From Bacteroidales bacterium (GTDB taxonomy: Bacteria > Bacteroidota > Bacteroidia > Bacteroidales > UBA7960), in the NCBI GenBank assembly GCA_003560165.1, contig PWJC01000161.1, positions 2,035-66,034 on the forward strand: DNA of 64,000 nt, in the 5' to 3' direction. Below the pieces are notes generated by a model. That model did no database searches and was not told the DNA's origin. It saw nothing but the letters and a program-made list of their open reading frames with translations. Both the position numbers and the translations under genes were made by a program. Below, piece after piece: positions 1-9,398 of the stretch; position 1 is the first letter of the stretch; each line of letters opens with the position of its first letter.

Positions 1-112
1 ATGTTCCGTTTTGGGGTATCCTGGCTGTTTTTCGATTAACAGGTTATCGGCCGGGCTTACCTATAATCGTTATAAATAGACAGTCCTCTTCAGCAGAGTG
101 AATATTATTTTG

Positions 113-120
113 TATTTTTG
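113..120 (+). promoter_or_regulatory. Bacteroidota sigmaA -7 element (TATTTTTG) upstream of nifJ
   Basis: Matches the TAnnTTTG consensus ~70 nt before the nifJ ATG in an AT-rich intergenic region. Confidence 0.55.
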
Positions 121-188
121 CATGGACAAAATATTGATCTAACTGCCTAAAAATAAGACATTTTGAATGCTAATTAATACCTTTTACC

Positions 189-3100
189 ATGACTAGGAAA
201 AAAAAATTCATTACCTGTGACGGCAACCACGCGGCTGCTCATGTAGCCTATATGTTTAGCGAGGTAGCGGCTATTTATCCCATTACCCCTTCTTCCAACA
301 TGGCCGAGAACGTGGACGAGTGGGCTGTAGCCGGAAGGAAAAATATCTTCGGCGAAGAAGTGAAGCTGGTGGAAATGCAATCGGAGGCGGGAGCCGCCGG
401 AGCCATGCACGGTGCGTTGCAGTCGGGTGCCCTTGTCAGCACCTATACTGCTTCTCAGGGGTTGTTGCTGATGATCCCCAATATGTACAAAATGTCGGGT
501 GAATTGCTTCCCGGTGTATTGCATGTATCTGCCCGCAGTCTGGCGGCCCAGGCATTGTCAATTTTTGGTGACCACTCCGATGTAATGAGCACAAGGCATA
601 CCGGATTTGCCATGCTGGCAACGGGCAGTGTGCAGGAGATTATGGACATTGCTCCCCTGGCCCACCTGGCAGCTATCAAGTCAAGGATCCCCTTCCTGCA
701 TTTTTTCGACGGTTTCCGTACTTCGCATGAAGTACAGAAAGTGGAAGAGGCCGATCAGGACCAATTGGCCAAACTTCTCGACATGAGTGCGCTGCAGGCT
801 TTCCGCAAGCGGGCACTGAACCCCGAATCACCGGTTACCCGCGGTACGGCCCAGAACCCCGACATCTATTTCCAGTCGAGGGAGGCCGCCAATCCGTTCT
901 ACGAGGCCCTGCCCGATATCGTAGAGGAATACATGCAGCAGCTTTCGGAGATCTGCGGACGCGAATACCATCCCTTCACCTATTACGGGGCCCCCGATGC
1001 AGAGAACGTCCTCGTGGCCATGGGCTCCATTACCGAGACCATCAAGGAAACCATCGACTACAAAATGTCGCAGGGCGAAAAGGTAGGTCTTGTCTGCGTT
1101 CATCTCTACAGGCCTTTCTCGGCAAAGTATTTCTTCAGGGTAATGCCCAAAACCGTGAAGCGCATTTCCGTGCTTGACCGGACAAAGGAACCCGGTGCCA
1201 ATGGGGAAACCCTTTATCTGGATGTATGTGAGCTCTTCTATGGCAAAGAGAACTCTCCCCTGATTGTCGGAGGAAGGTATGGACTTAGCTCCAAAGACAC
1301 CCTTCCCTCGCACATGATTTCGGTGTTCGACAACCTGAAACTTCCCGAGCCAAAAAACCGGTTCACCGTGGGCATTGTGGACGATGTAAGCTTTACCTCA
1401 CTCCCGCTGGGCGAAAACGTGGATGTGTCGCCCAGGGGAAATTATGCTGCTAAGTTTTACGGCATTGGGGCCGACGGTACTGTGGGAGCTAACAAAAACT
1501 CCATCAAGATCATTGGCGATACCACCGATAAATTTGCCCAGGGTTATTTCTCCTACGACAGCAAGAAATCGGGGGGGATCACTGTTTCCCACCTTCGTTT
1601 TGGCGACAGTCCGATCCGTGCACCCTACCTGATCAATGCTGCCGATTTTGTGGCCTGCCATGTTCCGGCCTATCTCGAAAAATACAATATGCTCAAGGGC
1701 CTGAAAAAGGGAGGGACCTTTTTGCTGAACTCCATCTGGGATGAAAAGGAAACAAAGGAGCGCATCCCTGACCATATGAAACGCTACCTGGCCGACAATG
1801 ACATCGGTTTCTACATCATTAACGCCACCGAAATAGCCGAAAAGATCGGTTTGGGTGGTCGCACCAACACCATCATGCAAAGTGCGTTTTTCAAGGTCGC
1901 CGATGTGATCCCTTACGAAAAAGCCGTAAAGGAAATGAAGGATGCGATCCAGAAAACCTACGGCAGGAAAGGCGAAGAGATTGTTCGTATGAACAATGCC
2001 GCCGTCGACGAAGGTGGAAATGTGACCAGGATCGACATCCCGGCCGATTGGAAAAAAGCCAGGCCGGAAGTCGTCCTTTATGAGGGGAAAGGTGTGCCCG
2101 ATTTCATTCGCGACGTGGTATTCCCCATCAACAGCCAGCAGGGCGATGATCTGCCGGTAAGTACTTTCAGCGGTCGCGAAGACGGCACCTTCCCTCCCGG
2201 GACCACTGCCTATGAAAAACGAGGCATTGCGGTGAATGTTCCCGAATGGATCAAGGAGAATTGCATTCAGTGCAACCAGTGTGCCTATGTATGCCCGCAT
2301 GCCGTAATTCGTCCCTTCCTGCTCAACGAGGAAGAAATGAAGCAGGCACCTGAAAGCCTCAGTGTGCTGGATACCAAGGGCAAGTCGCTCTCGGGTCTGA
2401 AGTACCGTATGCAGGTGAGTCCGCTCGACTGTACCGGCTGCGGGAACTGCGTGGAAATATGTCCTGCATCCGACAAGGCGTTGGAAATGAAGCCCCTGGG
2501 TGACCAAATGCAGGAAGACGTGCATTGGAACTGGGTCTCGAAGAATGTGTCTTATAAAGACACCCTGCTCAACAAGCAACAATCGGTAAAGAACAGCCAG
2601 TTTGCCCAGCCCTTGTTTGAGTTTAGCGGTGCCTGTGCAGGCTGCGGCGAAACCCCCTATATCAAACTGATCACCCAGCTGTATGGCGACCGGATGATGA
2701 TCGCCAATGCCACGGGATGTTCCTCCATATACGGTGGATCGGCCCCTGCCACCCCATATACCGTGAACAAGGACGGGCATGGCCCGGCCTGGGCTAACTC
2801 CTTGTTCGAAGACAATTCCGAATATGGTTTTGGTATGGCCACGGGGGTCAATAAGCTCCGTGCCCGGATCGCACGTTTGATGGAAACCGGACTGGAAAGT
2901 GATTTGTCTGAGGACACAAAAAAAGCCTTCAGGGCCTGGCTCGATGCCAGGGAAGATGGGAACAAGTCCAAAGAGGTGTCTGCCGAGGTAGTAAAATGCC
3001 TGGAAAAAGAGAAAGACCCCATTGCCAGTGAGATCCTTGACCTAAAACAATACCTGGTCAAGAAGTCGGTGTGGATGTTTGGTGGCGACGGCTGGGCCTA

Positions 3101-3725
3101 TGACATCGGATTCGGTGGCCTGGATCACGTGGTTGCTTCGGGCGAGGATGTCAATCTGCTGGTGATGGATACCGAGGTGTATTCCAATACGGGCGGTCAG
3201 GCCTCCAAGGCCACTCCGGTGGGTGCCATTGCCAAATTTGCTGCTGCAGGCAAGCGGATCCGCAAAAAGGACCTGGGGCTGATGGCCGTAACCTATGGGT
3301 ATGTATACGTAGCCCAGGTAGCCATGGGTGCCAACCAGAATCAATTCCTGAAAGCAGTGCGCGAAGCCGAGGCCTATCCAGGCCCCAGCATCGTTATTGC
3401 CTATTCGCCCTGTATTAACCACGGGCTGCGCAATGGCATGGGAGCCACACAGCAGCAGACCAAGGATGCGGTTGAGGCGGGTTACTGGCAGCTCTATCGA
3501 TACAACCCCCTGCTTGAGGTCGAAGGGAAGAATCCCTTCCAGCTCGACAGCAAGGAGCCCGACTGGAACAAATTCCAGGATTTCCTGAACTCGGAGGTTC
3601 GTTTCAGTTCGCTGCGCAAAGCCTACCCCAGGGAAGCCGGTGAAATTTTCAGGGAGGCCGAGAAGAATGCCAAATGGCGCTATGATACCTATAAACGCCA
3701 TGCCTCCATGGAATACGGCAAATAA
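189..3725 (+). CDS. nifJ: Pyruvate:ferredoxin/flavodoxin oxidoreductase
   Basis: 1178 aa; YPITP, EMQSEAGA, two ferredoxin motifs (CIQCNQCAYVCP, CTGCGNCVEICP), FSGACAGCGE, GGDGWAYDIG TPP motif. Confidence 0.98.
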   Translation: MTRKKKFITCDGNHAAAHVAYMFSEVAAIYPITPSSNMAENVDEWAVAGRKNIFGEEVKLVEMQSEAGAAGAMHGALQSGALVSTYTASQGLLLMIPNMYKMSGELLPGVLHVSARSLAAQALSIFGDHSDVMSTRHTGFAMLATGSVQEIMDIAPLAHLAAIKSRIPFLHFFDGFRTSHEVQKVEEADQDQLAKLLDMSALQAFRKRALNPESPVTRGTAQNPDIYFQSREAANPFYEALPDIVEEYMQQLSEICGREYHPFTYYGAPDAENVLVAMGSITETIKETIDYKMSQGEKVGLVCVHLYRPFSAKYFFRVMPKTVKRISVLDRTKEPGANGETLYLDVCELFYGKENSPLIVGGRYGLSSKDTLPSHMISVFDNLKLPEPKNRFTVGIVDDVSFTSLPLGENVDVSPRGNYAAKFYGIGADGTVGANKNSIKIIGDTTDKFAQGYFSYDSKKSGGITVSHLRFGDSPIRAPYLINAADFVACHVPAYLEKYNMLKGLKKGGTFLLNSIWDEKETKERIPDHMKRYLADNDIGFYIINATEIAEKIGLGGRTNTIMQSAFFKVADVIPYEKAVKEMKDAIQKTYGRKGEEIVRMNNAAVDEGGNVTRIDIPADWKKARPEVVLYEGKGVPDFIRDVVFPINSQQGDDLPVSTFSGREDGTFPPGTTAYEKRGIAVNVPEWIKENCIQCNQCAYVCPHAVIRPFLLNEEEMKQAPESLSVLDTKGKSLSGLKYRMQVSPLDCTGCGNCVEICPASDKALEMKPLGDQMQEDVHWNWVSKNVSYKDTLLNKQQSVKNSQFAQPLFEFSGACAGCGETPYIKLITQLYGDRMMIANATGCSSIYGGSAPATPYTVNKDGHGPAWANSLFEDNSEYGFGMATGVNKLRARIARLMETGLESDLSEDTKKAFRAWLDAREDGNKSKEVSAEVVKCLEKEKDPIASEILDLKQYLVKKSVWMFGGDGWAYDIGFGGLDHVVASGEDVNLLVMDTEVYSNTGGQASKATPVGAIAKFAAAGKRIRKKDLGLMAVTYGYVYVAQVAMGANQNQFLKAVREAEAYPGPSIVIAYSPCINHGLRNGMGATQQQTKDAVEAGYWQLYRYNPLLEVEGKNPFQLDSKEPDWNKFQDFLNSEVRFSSLRKAYPREAGEIFREAEKNAKWRYDTYKRHASMEYGK

Positions 3726-3745
3726 ACCCTGCTTTATTCATTTGT

Positions 3746-3782
3746 AAAAAAAAGGCTGTCCCGGAACCGGGGCAGCCTTTTT
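3746..3782. terminator. Bidirectional intrinsic terminator between nifJ and the convergent gene
   Basis: A-run, AAAGGCTGTCCCGG-AA-CCGGGGCAGCCTTT hairpin, T-run. Confidence 0.85.
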
Positions 3783-3811
3783 AATTGGATGGTTCGGGAA
3801 TGACCTATGGC

Positions 3812-5116
3812 TTAAAGCCTGGGATTGAAAGCAGCGCTGAAATCAGATCCGAATGTATAGCTCAGACCGATGGAACCCGAAACACTGAAGCTGGTGGAGC
3901 GTTGCGACTGGGCCAGCAGGATCTCTTCCAGCGTACGGTCGCCGGCCGGGATGGAGATCAGGTCGTTGATGATCTCATAATTCCCCTGGACGTTCAATGC
4001 GAACCCGTGGAAAAGGCGGATGTTGATGTTGGCTAAGATCTCTGCCCGGTTGGCCGAGAAATCATGGAAAAAATGGGAGCCGCTGATGCCGGCCCTGAAG
4101 CTCCCCCAGGGCTGCTGAAACCTTGCAGTGGCCTCAATCGACTGGGCAAACAGAAATTCCTGTTCCTTTTCGAAGATGGTCTTTTCGATATAGTTCTGGA
4201 ATGTATAACCGACCCGGTAGGCCAGGGTGATGGAGCGGCGGGTGGCCTCGCGGTAAGGGAAATAACTGTATTCGATGGCCGGGACCAGGTCGGTGCTGAA
4301 GTGCATGTTGTGGAAGGTACTCGACTGCCCCGAACTGAACGCCCCGGCCGACCAGTGGTCGGTAATGCTTTTGACCACATAGGCATTGTAGCCATGTCGG
4401 TGCGATGTGCTCACCACGGTGCCGTTACTGGTTTCGAACTTGCGCTCAGAAAAATTGAAATAGGGCCTCATCCTGATCTTCCAGTCGGTAGTGATGCGGT
4501 CGGCAAAAAATCCGAAGCGGGAGGATATATTGCTGCGGGTTTCTTCCTTGCTGAAGTTGCCACCCCCGTATACCTCAAATACCCAATGATTCCAGGGGTC
4601 TACCTGGGGTTCCAGGGCCCTGTCGCGGATCACTGCCGCCTCGTCGTAATCGTATTCGATCTGGATGCGGTTTACCAGGTCGGTGGTGGCAATGTAGGCG
4701 ACCAGCCCGATTTTTAGCATGTTGGTATACCCCCTGCGGGTATCGTCGGCCGTATTGGTTGCCGGGGCCCAATAGGTGAGATCATGGTCAATGCCAGTGA
4801 ACCCTTTGTTCCCGATAAAGGAAATGGCGTAGTTGGTCCCGGCACTGCCCGCCCCGTGACGGGTCATCAGGATGTGGACATCGGCCACTTCTTTGTCGCG
4901 CACATAGCTCACAATGGGGATCTGTTCCCTCACAAAATCATTGTCGAGCCACCAGGGGGCGTCGAGAAATACGGCAATCCTCCCGTTGACCTGCTGACCT
5001 GTGTTGCTGGCAGAAAGCCCGGAGTCAGCGGCAAAGCCTGGAAAACAAAGAACGAAGGCTAGAAGCAGGGACCCACAGCGAAAGGCGGGTAAAATTAAAT
5101 GAAGCTTGAACAGCAT
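3812..5116 (-). CDS. Hypothetical exported protein, probable outer-membrane beta-barrel with an N-terminal periplasmic domain
   Basis: Signal-peptide-like segment (LLLAFVLCFPGFA); the C-terminal two-thirds has alternating aromatic beta-strand patterns ending GLSYTFGS...FNPRL. The start is uncertain (ATG 5116 or 5131; the ORF-track start at 5158 abuts the promoter). Confidence 0.75.
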   Translation of the reverse strand: MLFKLHLILPAFRCGSLLLAFVLCFPGFAADSGLSASNTGQQVNGRIAVFLDAPWWLDNDFVREQIPIVSYVRDKEVADVHILMTRHGAGSAGTNYAISFIGNKGFTGIDHDLTYWAPATNTADDTRRGYTNMLKIGLVAYIATTDLVNRIQIEYDYDEAAVIRDRALEPQVDPWNHWVFEVYGGGNFSKEETRSNISSRFGFFADRITTDWKIRMRPYFNFSERKFETSNGTVVSTSHRHGYNAYVVKSITDHWSAGAFSSGQSSTFHNMHFSTDLVPAIEYSYFPYREATRRSITLAYRVGYTFQNYIEKTIFEKEQEFLFAQSIEATARFQQPWGSFRAGISGSHFFHDFSANRAEILANINIRLFHGFALNVQGNYEIINDLISIPAGDRTLEEILLAQSQRSTSFSVSGSIGLSYTFGSDFSAAFNPRL

Positions 5117-5162
5117 GTGAATATGTGTCATGGAGCGGGTTAATATGCGAGTAAACAAGGCA

Positions 5163-5170
5163 CAAATTTA
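5163..5170 (-). promoter_or_regulatory. sigmaA -7 element (TAAATTTG) for the outer-membrane protein gene
   Basis: CAAATTTA on the + strand. Confidence 0.55.
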
Positions 5171-5393
5171 CTGAAAAAACAAGAAATGGCCATTTCTGCG
5201 TATGGATACCTTTTGCCGGACACGGCCTGAATGCTTCGTTTTTCTGCATATTTGCGATGTATGCACGGGCATGCCCGATTCCTTAGACCAAATGCCGGTC
5301 AAATTTATTTCATCATCTGCACCTTAGCAGCCCGAACGGGCGACTTCCCTTTTTGTTTGGGCGGAACGGTTTATTTTTGGCCGTCGTTTTTCC

Positions 5394-5401
5394 TAACTTT
5401 G
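5394..5401 (+). promoter_or_regulatory. sigmaA -7 element (TAACTTTG)
   Basis: Perfect consensus 36 nt before ATG 5438, supporting that start over 5231. Confidence 0.65.
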
Positions 5402-5437
5402 TCTGCAAGAAACGATCTGACAAACAACTCTTTTTCC

Positions 5438-6775
5438 ATGCGCAACAAACTTTATGCCCTTTTCATGGCCTTTGTGCTCTCCCTTTTTTCCTTGCCTGGT
5501 TTTGCTCCCGGCAGAGGGGACCTGGTTTCCTATGTGTCTTCACGGGCCACCTCGCTCGAGGATTCTGCCGACCTCGACCACCTCATTTCACTCGCGGCAG
5601 ATCGGAAGCTGGTGTTGCTGGGAGAGGCCAGCCACGGCACCCATGAGTTTTATGCCTGGCGCGACAGCATCAGCCGGAGACTGATCGCTGAAAAAGGTTT
5701 CGACTTCATTGTGGTAGAGGGCGATTGGGCCAGCCTCTATGCCCTAAACCGCTATGTGAAAAACATGCCTGGAGCCCATAGTACAGCCCGCGAAGCCCTG
5801 GAAGATTTGCAGAGGTGGCCTTTGTGGATGTGGGCCAACGAAGAAGTGGTGGCCCTGGCCGAGTGGCTCAGGCAGCATAACGATGAGCTGCCTCCTGAAG
5901 ACAGGGTGGGATTTTACGGGATGGATGTTTACGGCGAATGGCATTCGATGGGCGAGGTGCTGGCCTTTTTGCAGGCACACGATGAGGCAGTGTACGAGAT
6001 GGCGGCCGGTTATTATGCCTGTTTTGACAACTTTGGTGAAGACTCCTGGCTTTATGCCCGGCTGGCAGCCCGGGGTGAGGTCAACTGTGCCAGCGAGGTG
6101 GAGTCGGTTGTCGGCCTTTTCAGGGAAAATATGGGCAAACTGGAACAGTTGCCCGAATACCAGATGTTTTATGGGAAGCAGAACGCCCTGGTGGTCAAGC
6201 ATGCCGAGAGGTTCTACCGCAAGGCCGTTGTCCATCCCGATGCCTCATCCTGGAACAGCCGGGTACATTATATGTCGCTCACGGTTGACCGCTTGCTTGG
6301 ATTATACGGTCTGGAATCGAAAGGGATTGTCTGGGCGCACAACACCCATATCGGAGATGCCCGTTTCAGCGAGATGGGAAGTCATGGGCAGGACAACATC
6401 GGGCAGTTGTCAAGGCTTGATTACGGACCCGAATCGGTTTTTTTGATCGGGTTTTCGACCTATACAGGCCGGGTAAAGGCCGGCAGCGAATGGGGAGGGC
6501 GCAGGCAACGGATGCAGGTGCCCCGGGCCCGGCCTGGCAGCATTGAGGCCATTTTCGAACAAACCGGCCTGGAACGTTTTCAACTGGTTTTTGACGACGA
6601 CGACCGCACCCACGAAGCCTTCAACCGTCCTTACGGCAACCGTGCCATTGGGGTGGTGTACGATCCGGGGGGCGATCACCTCAGGAACTACGTACAGAGC
6701 ATAGTTCCGATGCGTTACGATGCCTTGCTTTTTTTCCGGGAGTCCAGGGCGTTGACCCCCCTTCACCGCCGGTAA
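5438..6775 (+). CDS. Erythromycin esterase (EreA/B-like) family protein with signal peptide
   Basis: VLLGEASHGTHEFY, VEGDW, FYGMDVY, IVWAHNTHIGDAR, RAIGVVY, YDALLF motifs; signal peptide MRNKLYALFMAFVLSLF. Confidence 0.9.
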   Translation: MRNKLYALFMAFVLSLFSLPGFAPGRGDLVSYVSSRATSLEDSADLDHLISLAADRKLVLLGEASHGTHEFYAWRDSISRRLIAEKGFDFIVVEGDWASLYALNRYVKNMPGAHSTAREALEDLQRWPLWMWANEEVVALAEWLRQHNDELPPEDRVGFYGMDVYGEWHSMGEVLAFLQAHDEAVYEMAAGYYACFDNFGEDSWLYARLAARGEVNCASEVESVVGLFRENMGKLEQLPEYQMFYGKQNALVVKHAERFYRKAVVHPDASSWNSRVHYMSLTVDRLLGLYGLESKGIVWAHNTHIGDARFSEMGSHGQDNIGQLSRLDYGPESVFLIGFSTYTGRVKAGSEWGGRRQRMQVPRARPGSIEAIFEQTGLERFQLVFDDDDRTHEAFNRPYGNRAIGVVYDPGGDHLRNYVQSIVPMRYDALLFFRESRALTPLHRR

Positions 6776-6786
6776 GCCTGTCCTGC

Positions 6787-7962
6787 CTATTTTTTTACAG
6801 AACTAAGCGGTTGGGCAAACTGTTTCACGTCCTGCCCGGTAATCTCCTTGTCGCAGAGGATGGCCAAACGCTCGACCACGTTGCGAAGCTCGCGGATGTT
6901 GCCGGTCCAGTGAATTTGCCGGAGCTCTTCAAAGGCCTCGTCGGTAAATGACTTTGGGGGCATGCTCTGCTCCTGCAACACCTGCTGTAGAAAGTGTTCG
7001 GCCAGCAGTGGGATGTCTTCGCTGCGCTCGTTAAGGCTGGGTACGTGGATCAGGATAACACTCAGGCGGTGGTAGAGGTCTTCGCGGAAGTTGCCACTGG
7101 CAATTTCTTTCTGGATGTCTTTGTTGGTGGCAGCCACCACCCTCACGTCGACGGGTATCTCTTTTTCACCGCCCACCCTGGTAATCTTGCTCTCCTGAAG
7201 GGTCCGCAATACTTTGGCCTGTGCGGCCAGGCTCATATCACCGATCTCGTCGAGGAAAATGGTGCCACCACTGGCCAGTTCGAAGTTGCCTTTTTTTTGT
7301 TTGATGGCTGAAGTGAATGATCCTTTTTCATGACCGAACAATTCGCTTTCAATGAGCTCAGATGGTATGGCAGCGCAGTTCACCTCAATGAAGGGGCCTC
7401 TGGCCCTCTTGCTTAGCTCATGCAGCCACCTGGCCACCAACTCCTTGCCCGTGCCATTTTCGCCGGTGATGAATATCCTGGCATCGGTCGGGGCGACCCT
7501 TTCGATCATTTCCTTGATGCGGCATATGGGCTCCGATTGCCCGATCATGTCGTAGGTTTTGTTGACCTGTCGCTTCAGCACCCTGGTTTCGGTAACCAGC
7601 TTGCTCTTGTCCATGGCATTCCGGATGGTGATCAGCAGTCTGTTGAGGTCGAGAGGCTTGGAAATAAAGTCAAAGGCCCCCTTCTTGATGGCTTCGACCG
7701 CTGTATCGATGGTGCCGTGCCCGGAGATCATTACCACTGATGAATCGGTGTCTTTTTCCCTGATCTTTTCCAATACTTCCAGACCGTCCATTTTGGGCAT
7801 CTTTATATCGCACAACACCACATCGTAGGGGCCGAACTCCATTTTCTCCATGGCTTCGAAACCATCTTCGGCCAGCACCACGTCAAATTTTTCGTATTCC
7901 AGGATGTCTTTCAGTGTGTTCCTGATACTGCTTTCATCGTCTATTACCAGTATTTTTGGCAT
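6787..7962 (-). CDS. Sigma54-interaction response regulator (REC + AAA+, NtrX/AtoC-like) lacking the C-terminal HTH
   Basis: ILVIDDE and CDIKMP receiver; GENGTGKE Walker A; ESELFGHEKGSFTSA; FLDEIGD; FREDLYHRL; WTGNIRELRN; the ORF ends ~30 aa after the AAA+ core. Confidence 0.92.
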   Translation of the reverse strand: MPKILVIDDESSIRNTLKDILEYEKFDVVLAEDGFEAMEKMEFGPYDVVLCDIKMPKMDGLEVLEKIREKDTDSSVVMISGHGTIDTAVEAIKKGAFDFISKPLDLNRLLITIRNAMDKSKLVTETRVLKRQVNKTYDMIGQSEPICRIKEMIERVAPTDARIFITGENGTGKELVARWLHELSKRARGPFIEVNCAAIPSELIESELFGHEKGSFTSAIKQKKGNFELASGGTIFLDEIGDMSLAAQAKVLRTLQESKITRVGGEKEIPVDVRVVAATNKDIQKEIASGNFREDLYHRLSVILIHVPSLNERSEDIPLLAEHFLQQVLQEQSMPPKSFTDEAFEELRQIHWTGNIRELRNVVERLAILCDKEITGQDVKQFAQPLSSVKK

Positions 7963-7978
7963 GCAGTTGGTTTTTTAT

Positions 7979-7986
7979 CAAAGTTA
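7979..7986 (-). promoter_or_regulatory. sigmaA -7 element (TAACTTTG) for the response regulator
   Basis: CAAAGTTA on the + strand, 16 nt upstream of the ATG. Confidence 0.6.
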
Positions 7987-8032
7987 ATACAAAGGAGGTG
8001 AATTAAATGCAAAGCTTAAGGCGGATGGCTTC

Positions 8033-9370
8033 TCAGCTTTGCCGGATCCATTTCCAGAGGATGCTGTAAGACACCCTTTTCCCGTACATGAGGATGCCCA
8101 CGCGATAGATCCTTGATGCCAGCCAGGTTGTGAAGACAAAACCCCCGATCAGCAAACCAGCCGAGAGGGCCAGCTCAGTGTAGGGAACCCCGAAGGGAAT
8201 CCTGACCATCATGATGACCGGGGAGGTAAGCGGTATCATCGAAAGCCACAGGGCGACAGGCCCCGAAGGATTGCTCATGACCATCTGGGCCATGATGAAG
8301 GCAAAAAGCAGGGGTACGGTCACCGGAAGCATGAATTGCTGGGTGTCGGCCTCATTGTCCACGGCTGAGCCAATGGCGGCAAATAGGGCTGCATACAGGA
8401 GGTATCCGCCAAGAAAAAAGAAGATGAAGGAAAGGATCATTACCGGGAAATTGACCGCCGAAAGGCCGGATACAACCTGGCCTGCCAGGGTATCGTACTG
8501 TTGTACCGTTTCGCGTTGCCGCAGCAGTTCTTCGGCATTCAGGGCCTGGCTTCCGGTAATAAAGACCTGTTCGTCGGGGGTAAACCGGAACAACTCCGGC
8601 ATACCCAGCTGAAAGCCAGCCACGATGGCAAAGGTAAGGACTACCCATATCAGGAACTGTGTGAGGCCTACCAGGCCCACCCCCAGAATCTTCCCGGCCA
8701 TCAGCTGAAAAGGCCTTACCGACGAGATGATGATCTCCACAATGCGGTTGGTCTTTTCTTCCAATACGCCCCTGAGTACCTGGGATCCGAACAGGAAGAT
8801 GAACAGATAGATAAGCAGCCCGCTCATAAATCCCAGTGCCATGCTCACCTCCGGGTGGTCGCTGATGAATTCGCCGTCCTGGCGGATGCGGATGGCCTGT
8901 ATGTTCACGGGGGTTTCAATGGCTGCAAGGATCTCCTGGTCGATCCCTGCGGCTCCCAGTTTCATGCTCTCAAACTCGAGTTTCAGTATGTTTTCAATGA
9001 GGAGTTTGGCATTGAGGCTGACCGATTTCTCTGAGAAAAGCCTCAGGCTGGAGGGTGCCTGGAAAGCGATCTCCGGGATGTGGAGAACGGCATCGAAGCG
9101 GCCGGCGGCCATGAGTTCGATGGCGTTGTCGATGTTGGTGGCCAGTTGGGTAAAACGTATGTTTTCTGCATCCGCGAAACGGTCGTAGAAGAGGTCGCTG
9201 TCGTCTACAATGGCCACTTGGTAGTCGCTGTCGGACAACTGGGAGATCACTACGGGAACAATAATGATGGCCGCCAACAGGATGGGACCCAGGATGGTCA
9301 TCACAACAAAGGAGCGTTTCCTTATCCTGCTGAGGAACTCCCTTTTGATGATGGTTGCCGTTTTGCTCAT
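8033..9370 (-). CDS. ABC-2 type transporter permease (NatB/YhaP-like)
   Basis: N-terminal TM, large extracytoplasmic loop, VLEEKTNRIVEIIISSVRPFQLMAGKILG motif, multiple C-terminal TMs. Confidence 0.9.
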   Translation of the reverse strand: MSKTATIIKREFLSRIRKRSFVVMTILGPILLAAIIIVPVVISQLSDSDYQVAIVDDSDLFYDRFADAENIRFTQLATNIDNAIELMAAGRFDAVLHIPEIAFQAPSSLRLFSEKSVSLNAKLLIENILKLEFESMKLGAAGIDQEILAAIETPVNIQAIRIRQDGEFISDHPEVSMALGFMSGLLIYLFIFLFGSQVLRGVLEEKTNRIVEIIISSVRPFQLMAGKILGVGLVGLTQFLIWVVLTFAIVAGFQLGMPELFRFTPDEQVFITGSQALNAEELLRQRETVQQYDTLAGQVVSGLSAVNFPVMILSFIFFFLGGYLLYAALFAAIGSAVDNEADTQQFMLPVTVPLLFAFIMAQMVMSNPSGPVALWLSMIPLTSPVIMMVRIPFGVPYTELALSAGLLIGGFVFTTWLASRIYRVGILMYGKRVSYSILWKWIRQS

Positions 9371-9398
9371 CGTTGCCTTTGTTTTTCTTGAAAAAGGC

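Noticed and set aside
123-138. TGGACAAAATATTGAT upstream of nifJ as a sigma54 or FNR site
   Set aside because: It has mismatches in both sigma54 boxes and only one FNR half-site
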